In this document: positions 1 to 12,973 of the stretch, one piece after another | Numbering within the stretch: position 1 is the first letter of the stretch | Layout: every line of letters begins with the position of its first letter | Assembly: GCA_026770705.1 (NCBI GenBank) | Contig: JANJGN010000005.1 | Location: 191,952,001 to 192,016,000, forward strand | Source: Isurus oxyrinchus | Taxonomy: Eukaryota | Reading direction: 5' to 3' | Length of the DNA: 64,000 bases | The notes under the pieces: generated by a model | Databases searched by the model: none | What the model was told of the DNA's origin: nothing | The model's input: only the letters and a program-made list of their open reading frames with translations | Position numbers and translations under genes: made by a program

Positions 1-390
1 TCCTGCAACTCACTGCCACTTTCTGCTTGAACTAGACAGAACGCTGAAGACACTATAAGTGGAAACTCTGAAATTGACATTAGTTCTGATGGATAATGAT
101 CATCGCACTTTGGTCGATGTAAGCAAATGCCTGTCTTAAACATGCCCGGTTTAAGTGGTGGGGACTGTATCACATCTAGGGCTCTGGCTGTTACTCATCC
201 ATTACCATTATTGAGGTATTTTTCTCTCGTAACTTCAGTTCACTCCCACACCAGTTTCTCAAAGTAAAATTCATTCCAATTCGTTTTCCCGAGTTTCCGA
301 AAGAAATGGCGATCAGTTTTTCTCTGGCAGATCCTGACTCAGCCATGCAACCAGTGACTCAAGTTATTAGACTGCAACGTTATATTAAAC

Positions 391-670
391 CAGCGACCTC
401 TACCATCTAGAAGGACAAAGGCAGTGGGCGCATAGAAACACCGCCAGCTCCAAGCTCTCCCCAAGTCACTCACCATCCTGACTTGGAAATATATCGCCGT
501 TCCTTCACTGTCGCTGGGTCAAAATTCTGGAACTCCCTTCCTAACAGCACTGTGGGTGTACCTACACCACATGGACTGCAGCGGTTCAAGAAGGCAGCTC
601 ACCCCCACCTTCTCAAGGGCAATTAGGGATGGGCAATAAACTCATATCTCATGAATGAATGAATAAATAA
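391..670 (+). mobile_element. 3' end of a CR1-group LINE (family A)
   Basis: Encodes the ORF2 C-terminus ...RSFTVAGSKFWNSLPNSTVGVPTPHGLQRFKKAAHPHLLKGN*, then the tail AGGGATGGGCAATAAA and (GAAT)n. Near-identical copies at 23.7, 37.5 and 47.7 kb. Confidence 0.8.
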
Positions 671-1044
671 ATACATTGGAGTGGATTTTCTTGAGCAGTG
701 AGTTTGAGTGCCGTAAACTACCTCACTGTCCACTGTGGAAATCAGGCACAGGGCCTACTTTAACTCTGGAATTTCATTGGCTTTTTTCGACTTCCTGTCC
801 CAACCATTTGGAGTGCAGATTGGATGGAACATGACCACTGGCATCTGGAAAACTAGAAATCCAATGGTGGAGGTGGGTGTCTTATGAGAGGGAAGTCCAG
901 GGCAGGGGAGTTCTAAGCTTTTCCTGTGGTACCAGGAGGTGTATTCCTTCTTGTTGGGTAAGGATATAAGTGTTACAGAGCCAAGCCAGGTTGATAATGT
1001 AGAAATCAGCCATGATCAAAATGAATGGTTGATCAAACTTAAGA

Positions 1045-2362
1045 ATCTGCCACTTTCCAAAACGGTGCTTCTGACATGTCTAATTTCTTCCTTAATCGGT
1101 GTTTCCCACCCACTGTGGTTGACAGGGCCCTCAGTCGTGTCCGACCCATCTCCCCGCACCTCTGCCCTCACACCTTCCTCTCCCTCCCGGAATCATGATA
1201 GGGTCCCCTTTGCCTTCACTTTTCACGCGCCAGCCTTTATATTCGAAGGATCATCCTCTGCCATTTCCGCCAACTCCAGCATAATGCCACCACCAAACAC
1301 ATCTTCCCTTCACCCCCCTGTCAGCATTCCATAGGGACTGTTCCCACTGGGACATCCTGGTCCACTCCTCCATCATCCCCAACATCTGATCCCCTTCCCA
1401 CGGCACCTTCCCATGCAATCGCAGAAGGTACAACACCTGCCCCTTTACCTTCTCCTTCCTTACCATCCAAGGCCCCAAAGACTCCTTACAGGTGAAGCAG
1501 CATTTCACTTGCACTTCCTTCAGTTTGGTCTACTGCATTCACTGCTCCCAATGCAGTCTCCTCTACACTGGGGAGACCAAACGCAGGCTGGGTGACCGCT
1601 TTGCAGAACACCTTCGGTCTGTCCGCAAGCATGACCCAGACCTCCCTGTCGCTTCACATTTCAACACTCCACCCTGCTCTCATGCCCACATGTCTGTCCT
1701 TGGCTTGCTGCATTGTTCCAGTGAAGCCCAACGCAAACTGGAGGAACAGCACCTCATCTTCCGCCTAGGCACTTTACAGCCTTCCAGACTTAACTTTTAG
1801 TTCAACAGCTTCAGACCATAAACTCTCTCCTCTATCTTCAACCCATTTTTAATCCCCTTTTCAAAATTCTTTTTTATTTTTTATCCACTTATTTTTTATT
1901 TATTTTCATTTATATTCATTTATTCATTGTTTTATCCCCTTTCTAACCCCCTTTTTATCCCGTTTTCCAACCTTTCTCCCCACCACCAGCCCCACCCCAT
2001 CTGTTACTTGTTCCATGTTGTTCTTTCACAAAGTGCTTACCCTTGTTCTGCTATTATCACATTCTACATTCTCACCTTTCTGCCGCTATCAGCACCTTTT
2101 TTTTAGCCCTTACCACTACCATTAACCCTCCTTTCGTCTTGTGTCCGTGACACCTTTGTCAATCCATCCTTAGCCCCCACCTATCGCTGGCCTTCTATCC
2201 AGCTCCACCTGCCCCACCCCACTTAAACAGTATAAATTACATTACAATTCCACTTCTCTTCAGCTCTGAAGAAGGGTCATACAGACTCAAAACATTAACT
2301 CTGTTTCTCTCTCCACAGACGCTGTCAGACCTGTTGAGTTTTTCCAGCATTTTCTGTTTTTG
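1045..2362 (+). mobile_element. 5'-truncated Penelope-like retroelement (PLE) with GIY-YIG endonuclease remnant
   Basis: Frameshifted C-terminus ...QVKQHFTCTSFSLVYCIHCSQCSLLYTGETKRRLGDRFAEHLRSV...VASHFN...RKLEEQHLIFRLGTLQPS, followed by a pseudo-LTR tail. Inserted into a CR1 tail with TTAAGA duplicated at 1039-1044 and 2363-2368. Confidence 0.9.
2262..2300 (+). ncRNA. Decayed minimal hammerhead ribozyme motif in PLE tail
   Basis: AGCT-CTGAAGA-A-GGGTC-ATACA-GACTC-AAAA-CATT-AACT. Core CUGANGA and stem II are intact; GAAAC-GTT is lost through two CpG>CpA changes. Confidence 0.65.
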
Positions 2363-3040
2363 TTAAGAGGCCGAGTGACCTCCTCTGTTCCTGTGTTCAG
2401 CTCCTTACCCACAGAGGGAAATAAAAACACTCTTACCTATTCTCAGTTTCTTCCAAGGTTGATCCCCTTCTGTCCCAGGGTGTCGGGAGCAGGAGAACAA
2501 CAGTGGATTTACACCTTTGTTCCTTTGTTCACTGCTTCCACAACTTATGTTTCAATCTCAGACAAGCAATGAGAGAATATACGTATGAGAAATTAACCCC
2601 ATCTTTCCATTTGGCATTTTACAGCCATCCAGCCACACAACATTGGCCTGAATTTCCATACAGATGGAGAGGCATGAAAATGCTGGCACAGGCCTGAATC
2701 CAGAAGTCCCGCCCCCAACCCTGGCCTCCACCATTTTGACAGGGGATGGGGGTGGATGGTTGTGGTGGGGTGAGAGAATGTGGGTGGGTTCTAAGTCGCA
2801 CATCCGTGGTTCACCGAGGCAGCTTCCTCCATTCATGTGATTTTGATGACATAGGTGTTTCAAACCCAAAGTGTGCAGATTAGACCTGGTTGGACCAGGT
2901 CTGTTCTTCGTGGATTCATTTGGGTAGCCAGGGTCCCTTTTGAAGGGGTAGGGTACTCCTTTGGATTTGGTCCCAGGATACCTTTGGGAGAGGTAAGATG
3001 CCATTTGGGGGAAGTCAGGTGCCCTTTGCGATTGTTAAAA

Positions 3041-3841
3041 CATTATGGCACAGCTGATGGTAAATGCTGAGCTGTTCAAATCCCAGAGGGAAACTTCAAA
3101 CCACTGCCACACCTAATGTTCAATTTGTCTGTTCTGAGATGTGGACTTTGAATTCAGTAATAATAAGACCACTGAGTCTTAAGAGGTTTCTATAAAACTA
3201 AATTAAACATTTATTAATAAAAGAAAAGATTGTAAACACATACATATGTCTACAAACTACTACTATAACTAACCTCTAAATCCCCTAATTAATTTAACTC
3301 CCAGTTACACTTTTGTTAAGGCAACAGTAAGACCCATAGATTTTAAAAGACCCACGCAAAGTAAACGATACCCTGAACAGTTGAATTCAAAGTGAGTTCT
3401 CTTCACTTCAGTCCCTGGAGGCAGTAGCTTGGTACACACAGGCTGCAGGCTTTTCCCACTTGTTGGACCTTAAACTGACCCCCTTACAAACAGCCTTCTC
3501 TCCTTTATACATATTTTCCTCTTTGATTGCAAATTCCCATTGTTTCACTACGTCTTTTGAACTTTATCTCTCCACTAATAAAAAATCTATCATAGCACTA
3601 ATTCTACCAGTAATCTTTGGGAAAAGTAAATAAACACACTATTTCTAACTACTTCTGCTGGCTAGGTACACATTACACCCCCTCCTTTCAATTCAAGCCA
3701 CTATAGTTTGTTTAAAAATGCAAATGTTCCTTTTCACTTCACATTCCAAAACTTCCCCATGTTTACCTAATTAACATTTCAAACCTAACTTCTCTTCTTA
3801 CATCAAAGCACCCAGACTAGCTGCCTCTAATTCAATTAAGC

Positions 3842-3885
<44 letters not shown>

Positions 3886-3936
3886 TAGATAGACATGTTG
3901 CACTATTACTCTATTTTACAATAAATTCCAATAACG
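3041..3936 (-). mobile_element. Solo LTR (family 2)
   Basis: Reverse-complement homologue of 24576-26067 along its length. Contains a (CT)n(CA)n microsatellite at about 3842-3882. Confidence 0.7.
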
Positions 3937-4034
3937 TTATGGAAATTATTATATCTTCCTGTCAAAAAGTAGACATAAACGTGTGTATAAAGTGCATAAA
4001 CACATTGGAGCTGTCAAACTGTCAAATCAGAGTT

Positions 4035-4533
4035 GTTATGGTGCAGAAGGAGGCCAATTGGCTCATTGTGTCTGCACCAGCTCTCCAACAAGCAACTCAC
4101 CTTGTTCCATTCTCCTACCTTCTCCCTACAACCCTGTACCTTCTTTCTTTCCAAATAACAGTCTAATCCATTTCGAATGCTTCAATTGAACCTACCTCCA
4201 CCATACTTTTAGGCAGTGCATTCCAGCTCCTAACCCTCGCTGCATGAAAAAGTTTTTCCTCATCTCACTATTGCTTCTTTTACTAATAGCTTTAAATCTG
4301 TGCCCTCTTACACTTGATCCTTTTACAAGTGGGAACAGTTTCTCCCTATCTACTTTGTCCAGACCCCTCATGATTTTGGATACCTCTATCAAATCTCCTC
4401 TCAGCCTTCTTTTCACTAAGGGAAACAGTCCTAACTCCTCCAGTCTGTCAACATAACTGAAGTTCCTCATCCCAGAACCAATTCTGGTGAATCTTTTCTG
4501 CACTCTCTTCAATGTCTTCACATCCTTCCTAAA
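4035..4533 (-). mobile_element. CR1 LINE 3' fragment
   Basis: ORF 4192..4521: LKRVQKRFTRI...SYVDRLEELGLFPLVKRRLRGDLIEVSKIMRG...RGHRFK...RKNFF, the classic CR1 ORF2 C-terminus, plus a CR1-type tail. Confidence 0.9.
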
Positions 4534-4654
4534 GAAATATCAAACTGTTAAAGCTGTTGAAGAACTGTCAAAACTCACTGGAACTGTCAAAGCTCATTAG
4601 AACAAAACTTTCAAGGGATATAACTCTGCTGGTACTTTCAATTTAAAAAATGTG

Positions 4655-5215
4655 GGGCAGGATTTTGCCCTTGGCAAGCAGGGGGCGGGGCCTGCTCACT
4701 GACATGTAAAATGATGCAAGATGACATCAGGCGGAACCCCCAACGTCACCCCGCCCCATTTCAATTTTCAGGAAGGTGGGGGCTCAGCGAAATCAGCTGT
4801 GTGCCCATCAACCTGTCAGTGGCCACTTGAGGCCATTGACAGGGTCAATTATACAATTAAAGGACCCGCCCGTCCAACCTTAATGTCGGCAGGTCAGCCA
4901 GGAGTCCCGGCGGGGAATAGAGAAAACATGAAACCTCATCCACCGGCGGGACGAGATTTCACGTAGGGTTTTAAAAATTGTAATAAAGTTGTTATGGAAA
5001 TTATGAACATGTCCCAACTCACGTGACATTGTAAGGGGTCATATAAGGGAATTTTTTTTTTCTATTCTTAATATTTTTGAAAGTCCAGGTGATCTCCCTG
5101 AGGCTGCACTTAGCCTCAGGGAGATGAATGTGCTCTCTCGTGCAAATGCGGGAAAGAGCGCACTCTCGATTTTAGGGAATCCCCCCCCCCCACCCCGAGC
5201 CCACACAGGGAGCCG
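4655..5215 (+). mobile_element. Harbinger-type MITE, 3'-truncated copy
   Basis: Starts with TIR GGGCAGGATTTT, is colinear with 21700-22424, and contains the internal hairpins. Confidence 0.75.
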
Positions 5216-5984
5216 GGTACCTATTAAGTGAACAATTTAATTGACAGTTCCAAGTGGTTATAGAATAGAAATGTTTGCTTTCCTAAGAAATTAGTTGAAG
5301 GAATTTCAATGCATTGAATGTTTTTTAATCAACAAGAGTGTTTTTTTTAAATAATTAAGCCATCAATAGACACATAACTTTATTTTATATCTGCGTGGTT
5401 CCTGAAGTTTATCCACGTTAGATAATAGGTGAGTTGGCGTGGAGGAGGTAAGGGCAAAGGGTGGTGGGTGGGGGGGAAGGGGTTAGAATGAGTTGGCACC
5501 AAGTTGCCATAGAGGCTACAAAGGGCCATGGGGCTGGGTAGAAGGGCATAGGAGTATGAAGGGACACGGGGTGGGTGTGGGTATGAGTGGCATATGTTGG
5601 CATGGATTTGGCATAGGGAGTGTGTTGGGGGTGAGGGCTGATTTTTGTTTTATTCATTTTTTTCGATAAATTCAATGTAGTGCTGGTGCACCGAGGCAGG
5701 GTTTCTGCCCAGCCCTAACTACCCTGCAGCCTTTTAACTTATTCTGGCATGACCCGGTTCAACTCTCAGGGAACCCCACCATCCTGGAATGAAAATCCCA
5801 ACTCCTGGGGCACTTTCTCCCAGGTTAAAGTTTGTGGAGCTGAGAAATGTCCCAATTCTGCCATCCCAGCCCAAGAGTGAAAATTCAGGTCTTTGAGTTC
5901 AACAATTTCAGATGACAACCATTTCCCCATTTTCTCGGACAGTAGCAATTCTGCTAGTTCTCATTTCTACCTCCTGAGACTCAT

Positions 5985-6295
5985 ATTTTGCTTCTTTTCT
6001 TGTCCCATTTCCATCTCCTTTTGCCTTGCACCATCATCCCCTTAGTCATTTAATCCCTCTAGCCTTCCATCGCATCACAGACCCTCTCTTCTGTTAATTC
6101 CTCCCTTCCCCCTGCCTCTGTACTTGCTTAAAACCTGTGACAGCTCTTAACTTTTTTCCAGTTCTGGTGAAAGATCACAGACCTGAAACGTTAGCTCTGT
6201 TCCTGTCCCTAAAGATGATGCCAGACCTGCTGAGTATTTCCAGCATTTTTAGCTTTTATTTCAGATTTCCAGCGCCTGCAGTATTTTTCTTTTGT
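5985..6295 (+). mobile_element. PLE pseudo-LTR tail with hammerhead-like motif (6160-6196)
   Basis: AGTT-CTGGTGA-A-AGATC-ACA-GACCT-GAAA-CGTT-AGCT followed by the shared tail GATGCCAGACCTGCTGAGTATTTCCAGCATTTT. Confidence 0.75.
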
Positions 6296-6850
6296 AATAA
6301 ATGTAAATGTTGTTTGGTTTACAACATTCTGCAAAGGGATTCTCTCAGCAAGGTACTTGCCTTATATTGACTACCTCAGCTGCCTAAGTAGCTCCCTGCC
6401 CATCACACTTGGATCACATTCAGCCTGAAAGATGACAAGACGGAGAGGCAATCAGTTCAATATCAGCAAAGTAAAGCTGTTTCTGATTATCATATAGCAT
6501 TTCGCCCAGGCAAACCCTGATCCCTATAACTCCAACACAAGCAAAGAATATCTTCCAGCCAATGGAATTTATTACGATCCTTTCTCAAGTGTTAAGAGTT
6601 GTAGCTCAAGAATGCCACAGGTACAAGTGAGTTATTATGAACCGTCAGCTGTATGATAGAGAGCCGAGGATGCGCTGTCACAGCTTGAGTGCCCCGTTTG
6701 CCCGTGCAACTTGAAACCCAACACTTCACCAAGTCAGATCTGAAGGCCCTTAAATTTTGTAACAATCTTCACACATGGGCTGCACCAGTTCACTTACTCC
6801 GGTTAATTGAATTTACCTTGTGTGGGAGTTTAATTGCTGTGCTTAAAATC

Positions 6851-7288
6851 AGCCATGTCTCAGTGGGTAGTCAGTTTCACCTCTGAGATCAGCAGGTTCT
6901 GGCTTCAAGCCCCACTCCAAAAACTAGAGACAACCTAAGCTGATGTGCCCAGTGCAGTATTGAAGGAGTACTGCATTGTCGGAGCTGTCTTTAATCAGAC
7001 ATGCCAAACCAAAGTTCTGACTGCTCTCGCTGGTCTACGTAAACGATCTTGTGACAATAGCTGAAGAAGGGCAGGGGAGTTCTCCCTAGTGTCCAGGCCA
7101 ACATTCATCACTAAAATGGATCACTGCTCATTTATCTCTTTGCTGTTTATGGGAGCTAATTGTTGTGCATAAATTGCCTGCCATGTTTCCTACATTACGG
7201 CAGTGGCTAAGTTAATTCATTGACTGTAAAGCACCTTGGGATGGTCTGAGGCTGTGAAAAGCGCTATAGAAATACAAAGGCCTTTCTT
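6851..7288 (+). mobile_element. tRNA-derived Deu-domain SINE (SacSINE1/AmnSINE1-like)
   Basis: Decayed A/B-box head, central GGGGAGTTCTCCCTAGTGTCCAGGCCAAC block, and tail GTGAAAAGCGCTATAGAAATACAA. At least 9 homologous copies in the window. Family name from recall. Confidence 0.75.
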
Positions 7289-7743
7289 GTTAAAAACCAT
7301 TATCCAAGTGCGTAATGAAGTTCCAACACATTCTGCTCCCTACGAAAGAAGTTGTGAGAACTCAATGCTGAAGTTGCCATTGCTTCCAACACAAAACAAG
7401 ATGGAGACAAATTCAACCCAAAGCTGCCCAATTTTCTGGCATGGAATTGGCATTAGGCCTCCAGCTTTCTGTGGTGACCTCTCACCCCAGATGTGCGCCA
7501 AATGTCATATATTTAAGGTGCTATGCTCCTTCAACATGTGAATTGGATCCCAGATCAGGAACCTATATAGCTGATTTCACTGGCGATATTTAAATGAAGC
7601 ACCGAGCCAAGTCTCAGGGTTTAGTCTGGAACATAGAACCATTGCTTCACCAACTGTGTGCCCATTTTGGCTACAAATCTAATTTTTCCCCTATTTTGGG
7701 CAAGGTTTGAATTTATCTTCCATTTTGGGCACAAGTGGAATTA

Positions 7744-8052
7744 TGTGGTAATTATGGTTTTATGTAATGTGTGGTATACCATTAAGAAGGATGTTCTAAG
7801 GGAAGATCACATGATCTTATGTGACCAATAGCGGAGTAGTGCAAGCTACCTCAGTGGGCAGTAGTCTGAGTTAGCAAGGTGAAGTATGGAGACAGGGTTT
7901 GAGTTGAAAGCACACAAGTGTAGCTGCTGAGCACCTTTGTAAATAAACAGAATGTGTTCCACCGAAGAACCATTTGCTGATCAACTCTTGTCTATTGTAC
8001 CAACTCGACCATCCCACAACAAGCGTGGAACCTGGATCCATAAGTCCCAACA
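7744..8052 (+). mobile_element. Solo LTR of the Gypsy element found at 18.9-22.6 kb (family 1)
   Basis: TG...CA bounded with internal AATAAA. Reverse-complement match to 21595-22610 once the MITE there is removed. Confidence 0.75.
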
Positions 8053-8249
8053 AGCTGATGACTTGAATCCAACAAATTTCTGTCTTTTCTTGCCCTTTCA
8101 CTACATGGTATGGTGGTGAAGCAGCTTACAATACCTCCAGAAGACTGTGTTCAGGCACAATGTGTGTGCAAATGTCGCAATGTGCCATTTCTACAACTGC
8201 ACAAGCAGCAGAGATTAAATGACATTGGAGTGAAAAAGAAAGCAAGGTT

Positions 8250-8520
8250 AAAAAAGATTTAAAATGATAAAGGGATTTGAGAGGGTCAATAGGAACTAGT
8301 TCCTCTGGTGGGGGGAGTCCAGGACAGCGGGGGTTGGGGGGGTGGGGGGTAGAACCTTAAAATTAAGAGTTCAGGGGTAATACCAGGAAGCACTTCTTCA
8401 CGCAAAAGTGGAGTGGAAATCTGGAACACTCTCCCCCAAAAAGCTGTTGAGGCTGGGGAGGGTGGGTGGATTGGAGTTCGCAGGACTGAGGTGGAGAGAT
8501 TTTTTTGGGTAAGGGTGTCA
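8250..8520 (+). mobile_element. CR1 LINE 3' fragment
   Basis: AGGAAGCACTTCTTCACGCAAAA...GGAAATCTGGAACACTCTCCCCCAAAAAGCTGTTGAGGC (RKHFFTQ..EIWNTLPQKAVEA). Confidence 0.75.
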
Positions 8521-9249
8521 ATATTTTTTAGTGATTGTGAGGCGTGCATCACTTTGCTTTTGCCAATGTTTACTTTCATTCCAAAGACCCTACCTGCTGT
8601 TACTAGTCCACCTACTCGTTCTTGTAATCCTTTGTCGTGCTTGCTACAAGTGCTGTGTGATCTATATAGCTAGCTGATGTTATCATTCACCTCCACCCGC
8701 TCTCCGCCAATCTTCACACCAGATTCTGTGTCTTCAAACACTTCTTTGATCATTGTTTCTGCAGAGATGGATGAATAAGAACAAGGATAAGAAATGGGAA
8801 AGGCTGCGCTTGGTAAGAAGAGACAGTTGCTAACCAGAAATCTGAATGAAGCAGTCTGTAAAGAGCTTGATTTGGAGTGTTGTTTTGTGTGGGTGTGAGA
8901 CCCGGGCCTTACAGAAGGAGGAGATCAATTTGCTAAATGGCTTTGAAATGTGGGTTTGGAGGATGATGGAAAGGTTCAGCTGGACAGAAAAAGTAACCAA
9001 GTGATGAAGTGCTGAGGAGAGTGAACCTACAAAGAAATTTGCACAACGTAATCAGGAAAAAGCACATCTTACGAGGAAACAGACTTGTAAGGAAGGTTAT
9101 GGAGGGAAGCTTCTAAGGAAACGAGGAGGAGGGAGGAAGAGGATATTGATGTCGGATGGCTTGAAAATTGATGGAAGCTATTAATTGGCAAATGAAAAGC
9201 CTGGCACGGGATAGAGAGACACGGAAAGACAGTGAGCCAAAGGCCTGCC

Positions 9250-9870
9250 TTCTGGCAGAGCACGCGCCTGACCCAATCGGGAGTAAAATAATGCATGATG
9301 AGGTCGGGAAAGTGTCCTGACATCACCGCACACTCTGGTGATCCTTCAGTCAGCGGGTGTGCGCCAGATTTGGCAGCATGCCCACCCTCAGTTAAGAGGC
9401 CTGTTAGGGCCCTGAGTTGTATTTTTCACTGGCCGCTCAACAATTTGGTTGGCGGATGGGTGACTCATCCAAGTGGTCATTGCAGTTTTTATGAAACCTC
9501 ATCCACACAGGGGATGAGGTTTCCAATGGTAAATTTTTAAAAGATTTTAACATGTCCCTCTTCGTGTGACTGAGTCCCATGTGGGGACATGTTTATATCA
9601 TTTGTGAAGTCTTTATTTTTTTCATTTTAAAGTTCTTCAGCTCCCTTCAGGCACGTCAGGGGGCTTTCAGTGCGCAGTCCCCAGTGCATACGCACCCCTC
9701 AGCGCTCGCGTTCCTCCCATCCCCCACCCCAGCAGCACTGAGGCTCTTAGCGCTCGTTTCATGCCGGCTGGGCCGTTAATTGGCCAACCAGCGTGAAGTC
9801 ACAGTCGGAGTCCGATCCCGGGCGGCCATCCATTTCATGGCCACTCCCAGGCCAGCCCGGCGCATCCTGC
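9250..9870 (+). mobile_element. Harbinger-type MITE (subfamily 2, ends eroded)
   Basis: Shares the ATGAAACCTCATCC...GGATGAGGTTTC and CATGTCCC...GGGGACATG hairpins and the TAATTGGCC block with other copies. Its 5' part matches 12075-12220. Confidence 0.65.
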
Positions 9871-11334
9871 CTGTGGTGACGATGGTGATGACGAAGGATA
9901 TCGAGGAATATGAAGCAAAGGCCAGTAAATGGAACTCATGTGCAAATCAGTCCTGATCTTACTGAAAGGTGGAACATTCTCAAGGGGCTGAAAGGCCTCC
10001 TGATCCCTATGATTTAGAAGATATGAGATGGAGCTGTAGATGGACTGGGTCCCGAGATTAAATGCAGCACACCAGGGAAGAAGCCCAACTTCACTTTCCA
10101 CTCTCTCTAACATACAGAACTCTACTTGTAGAAATTATCAGCAAAATCAAAGGAGCTCTGCATTCTCGCCACTTGGGCTTGTGGTGAAGAAAACAATTTT
10201 TAATGTAAATAGAATGTCCTTCTGAATCTTGACATGGCTTCAGGAATAGCAGGGGTACTTCACCAAGATCCACCACGCCTTGTATCAACCTGCAATCAGC
10301 ACTCCCACCCAGCACCTCCCAGGGTTTACCCACCGTCAGGAATATAGGTGAGGGAGGGGGCTCCCACTATCACAGGGAGTTATTGAGACAAAGAAGAGCT
10401 AGATAAGAACATGAGGGAGAAAGGACTAGAAGGACACGATGAGAGGGTCTGATGAAGCTTTGTGGAGGGAGGTTTGTGTGGATCATAAACACCAGCACAG
10501 GCCAGGTCAGGCTGAATTGTCAATGATATAGATTCAAAGTAATTCAATGTAAATTGAAGCAGTGGCAATATGTGAGATGCAATGGGAGGTGATGGCAGCC
10601 GTCCCTAATTAATAACATTTACCCCGAATCCCAATTTCAGGGTGACCTCGGGACTGCAATCTCCATTTTCCAGTGTCCAAATCAACAGAGATCAACAGCA
10701 GGCCTTTTGAAAGTACTTAGAAGCTTTAGACAAGTTTTGTGCAGCCACTTAATAGGCTTCGAGGTAATGGCACCGTAAAAAAATTATAAGAAATTTCCAA
10801 TGGGAGTGTGGCATATTCTCCCTTCTCTCTTGCAGGTTTTAATGAGCTTCCGCAGCTGATTCTATCTGAGTGATTAAACAAGTACAGAGGTGAGAGAAAG
10901 GATGCTGTATGATTCTCATTATTAAGAAACTAAAGTCACTTTGTGCTTGCTGCAGAGATTAATCATCTATGTTGTAAGAAGTGAAGACCATTGATTGTTC
11001 AAGCCTTTGAATCATCATTAGTTAATAAACTATCTGTTGCAATTGATTATCACATCCCTGAACTAAAGAAATGCAGGCACCTGTCTCACAACATATAGAA
11101 GCTGCATTGTCAAAAGCTAAATTTGGCATGAGTGAGGAAATGCTTCATTGCCAGTGACAGAGTTGTGAGTAGGTTGCAAACGTTTTCTGCACAAGTGGAA
11201 TAAACGAGATACCTCATTATTACCTATTGAGCGCGTTTCTCCCCGAGCTGCAAAACCAAGAATTAATTAATTGTTTTGATTAATACTTTTGAGATGTCAA
11301 ACCATGACTGATACAGAGGGAAAGAAAACAAAAG

Positions 11335-11505
11335 AACTGGCATTTCTATAGCGCATTTCACATCCCCAGGGCGTCCCAAAGTGCTTTACAGTCAGTGAAG
11401 CACTTTTGAAGTGTAATCATTGTTGTAACGTGAGACACGTGCCAGCTGACTGAGCACAGTAAGATCCCACAAACAGGCAATCTGGTTTAGTGACGTTAGT
11501 TGAAG
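11335..11505 (-). mobile_element. Deu-domain SINE 3' fragment
   Basis: Reverse complement of the SINE tail (GCATTTCTATAGCGCATTTCAC...CCCAAAGTGCTTTACAG...GATCCCACAAAC). Confidence 0.7.
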
Positions 11506-11989
11506 ATTAAAGCGATGAGGTTGGCGCTGTATCTAAGCGGCGGTGCACTTGCCATGCATCAAATACTGTGCTGGGGCTAACAATTACCACCCAAATGTGG
11601 GATGTAACACATAAACGTTATATACCACATTCTCTTCTCTCCATTGAACAAGGAAAACCACCATTAGACAAACCTGTACAGGCAAATATTACTGGCTTGT
11701 ATCTATTTACAGGTCAATAAATAAAATATTCAAATACTAAATCAACGTGATATTGGAATCAGTCCAGGACATGAAGAATCTAATAGTGACAAAGGTTTTG
11801 GATGAGACGATCAGATTTATGTCTTGGTTTCCCTTCTGTTCTTCCTCCCCCTCCCGCTTTTAACAATATAAAACAAATCCCATTTCCACCTTCGTTTCCA
11901 CGGAAGCGGCCGGGGCTGCTGAGTATTTCCAGCACTTTCCGCTTTCTATCCAAGACCCGGTAAGCTTCCCAGATATGAGCTGAGGTAAC

Positions 11990-12973
11990 TTGGAGTGGGG
12001 GGGCGGGGTTTGGGGTTTGGGGGGTGGGGGAGGGGGGTGGGGGTGGGGGTGGGGGTGGGGGGGGTGGTGCAGGAGTGGGCACGCGCCTGACCTGATCGGG
12101 CATAAAATAGTGCGCAGCAATGTCAGGCGAGCTCCCCATCGTCATCGCGCACCCCCGGCCATATCTCGGTCAGTGGGCGCACGCCAGAGTTGGCAGTGCG
12201 CCCGCCGACAATGAAGAGGACCACTTACGGCCGTTAATGCGGTGACTGACCCGGATTCTTGGCTGCTCGCCCAACGTTACGGTTGGTGGCGGTTGAGGGG
12301 GGGGGGGTGCGGGGGTGGGGTGGGGGCGCGGGGGGGGGTGTGTGTGGGAGTGTTGGTGGGGGGGGGGGTGCCGAATCGGCCCAGGCGGCCTTTGGATTTT
12401 TGAGAAAACCTCTTCCAAGGGCGGGGTGAGGTTTCCAATATTAATTGTGAAAAAATAAATACATTTGGGCAGAATTTATACCGTCAATATGTTTAGGTGA
12501 GCGATTCTTAACAGGTGGAGGTTTTTTTTCCGGAATTTCAGGATGTTTGTTTATGGCTTTAAAATTCTTCAGGGAGCTTTCATCCGGCCCTCCCCCATTC
12601 CCGCTCTGACTTTCATCCCGCCCTCCCCCATTCCCGCTCTGACTTTCATCCCGCCCTCCCTCCTCCTACCTCCCACCCTGGCAGCGCCCAGCGCTCCAGC
12701 CCGGGTTTCCCTCTGTCTGCCCGTTGATTGTCCGGCCAGTGTGAAATTGCAATCATTTGGGGGGTGGGGGGGGGTGCGTTGGGTGGGGGGGGGGGGGGGG
12801 GGGGGGGGGGGGGAGGGGGGCTGTTGCGGGGGGGGGGGGGGGGGTTGTGTGTGGTGGTGGGGGGGGGGTGCTGGTCACGGGTGGCGGCCGGTTTCCCAGT
12901 CACTCCTGGGCCTGTCCACCGTCCCCGCCCAATAACCCGAAAACCCTGCCCACGGTCTATGTAAATCTCAGCC
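11990..12973 (+). mobile_element. Harbinger-type MITE with expanded G tracts
   Basis: MITE body homologous to 9250-9870, interrupted by G-run expansions (about 11995-12070, 12296-12370, 12759-12870) and an approximately 33-bp tandem repeat (12577-12660). Ends ...GTAAATCTCAGCC. Confidence 0.65.

Noticed and set aside
1492-1800. GIY-YIG ORF as a host nuclease gene
   Set aside because: It is frameshifted upstream, has a second copy at 44.2-44.45 kb and carries a PLE tail and TSD, so it is a retroelement remnant.
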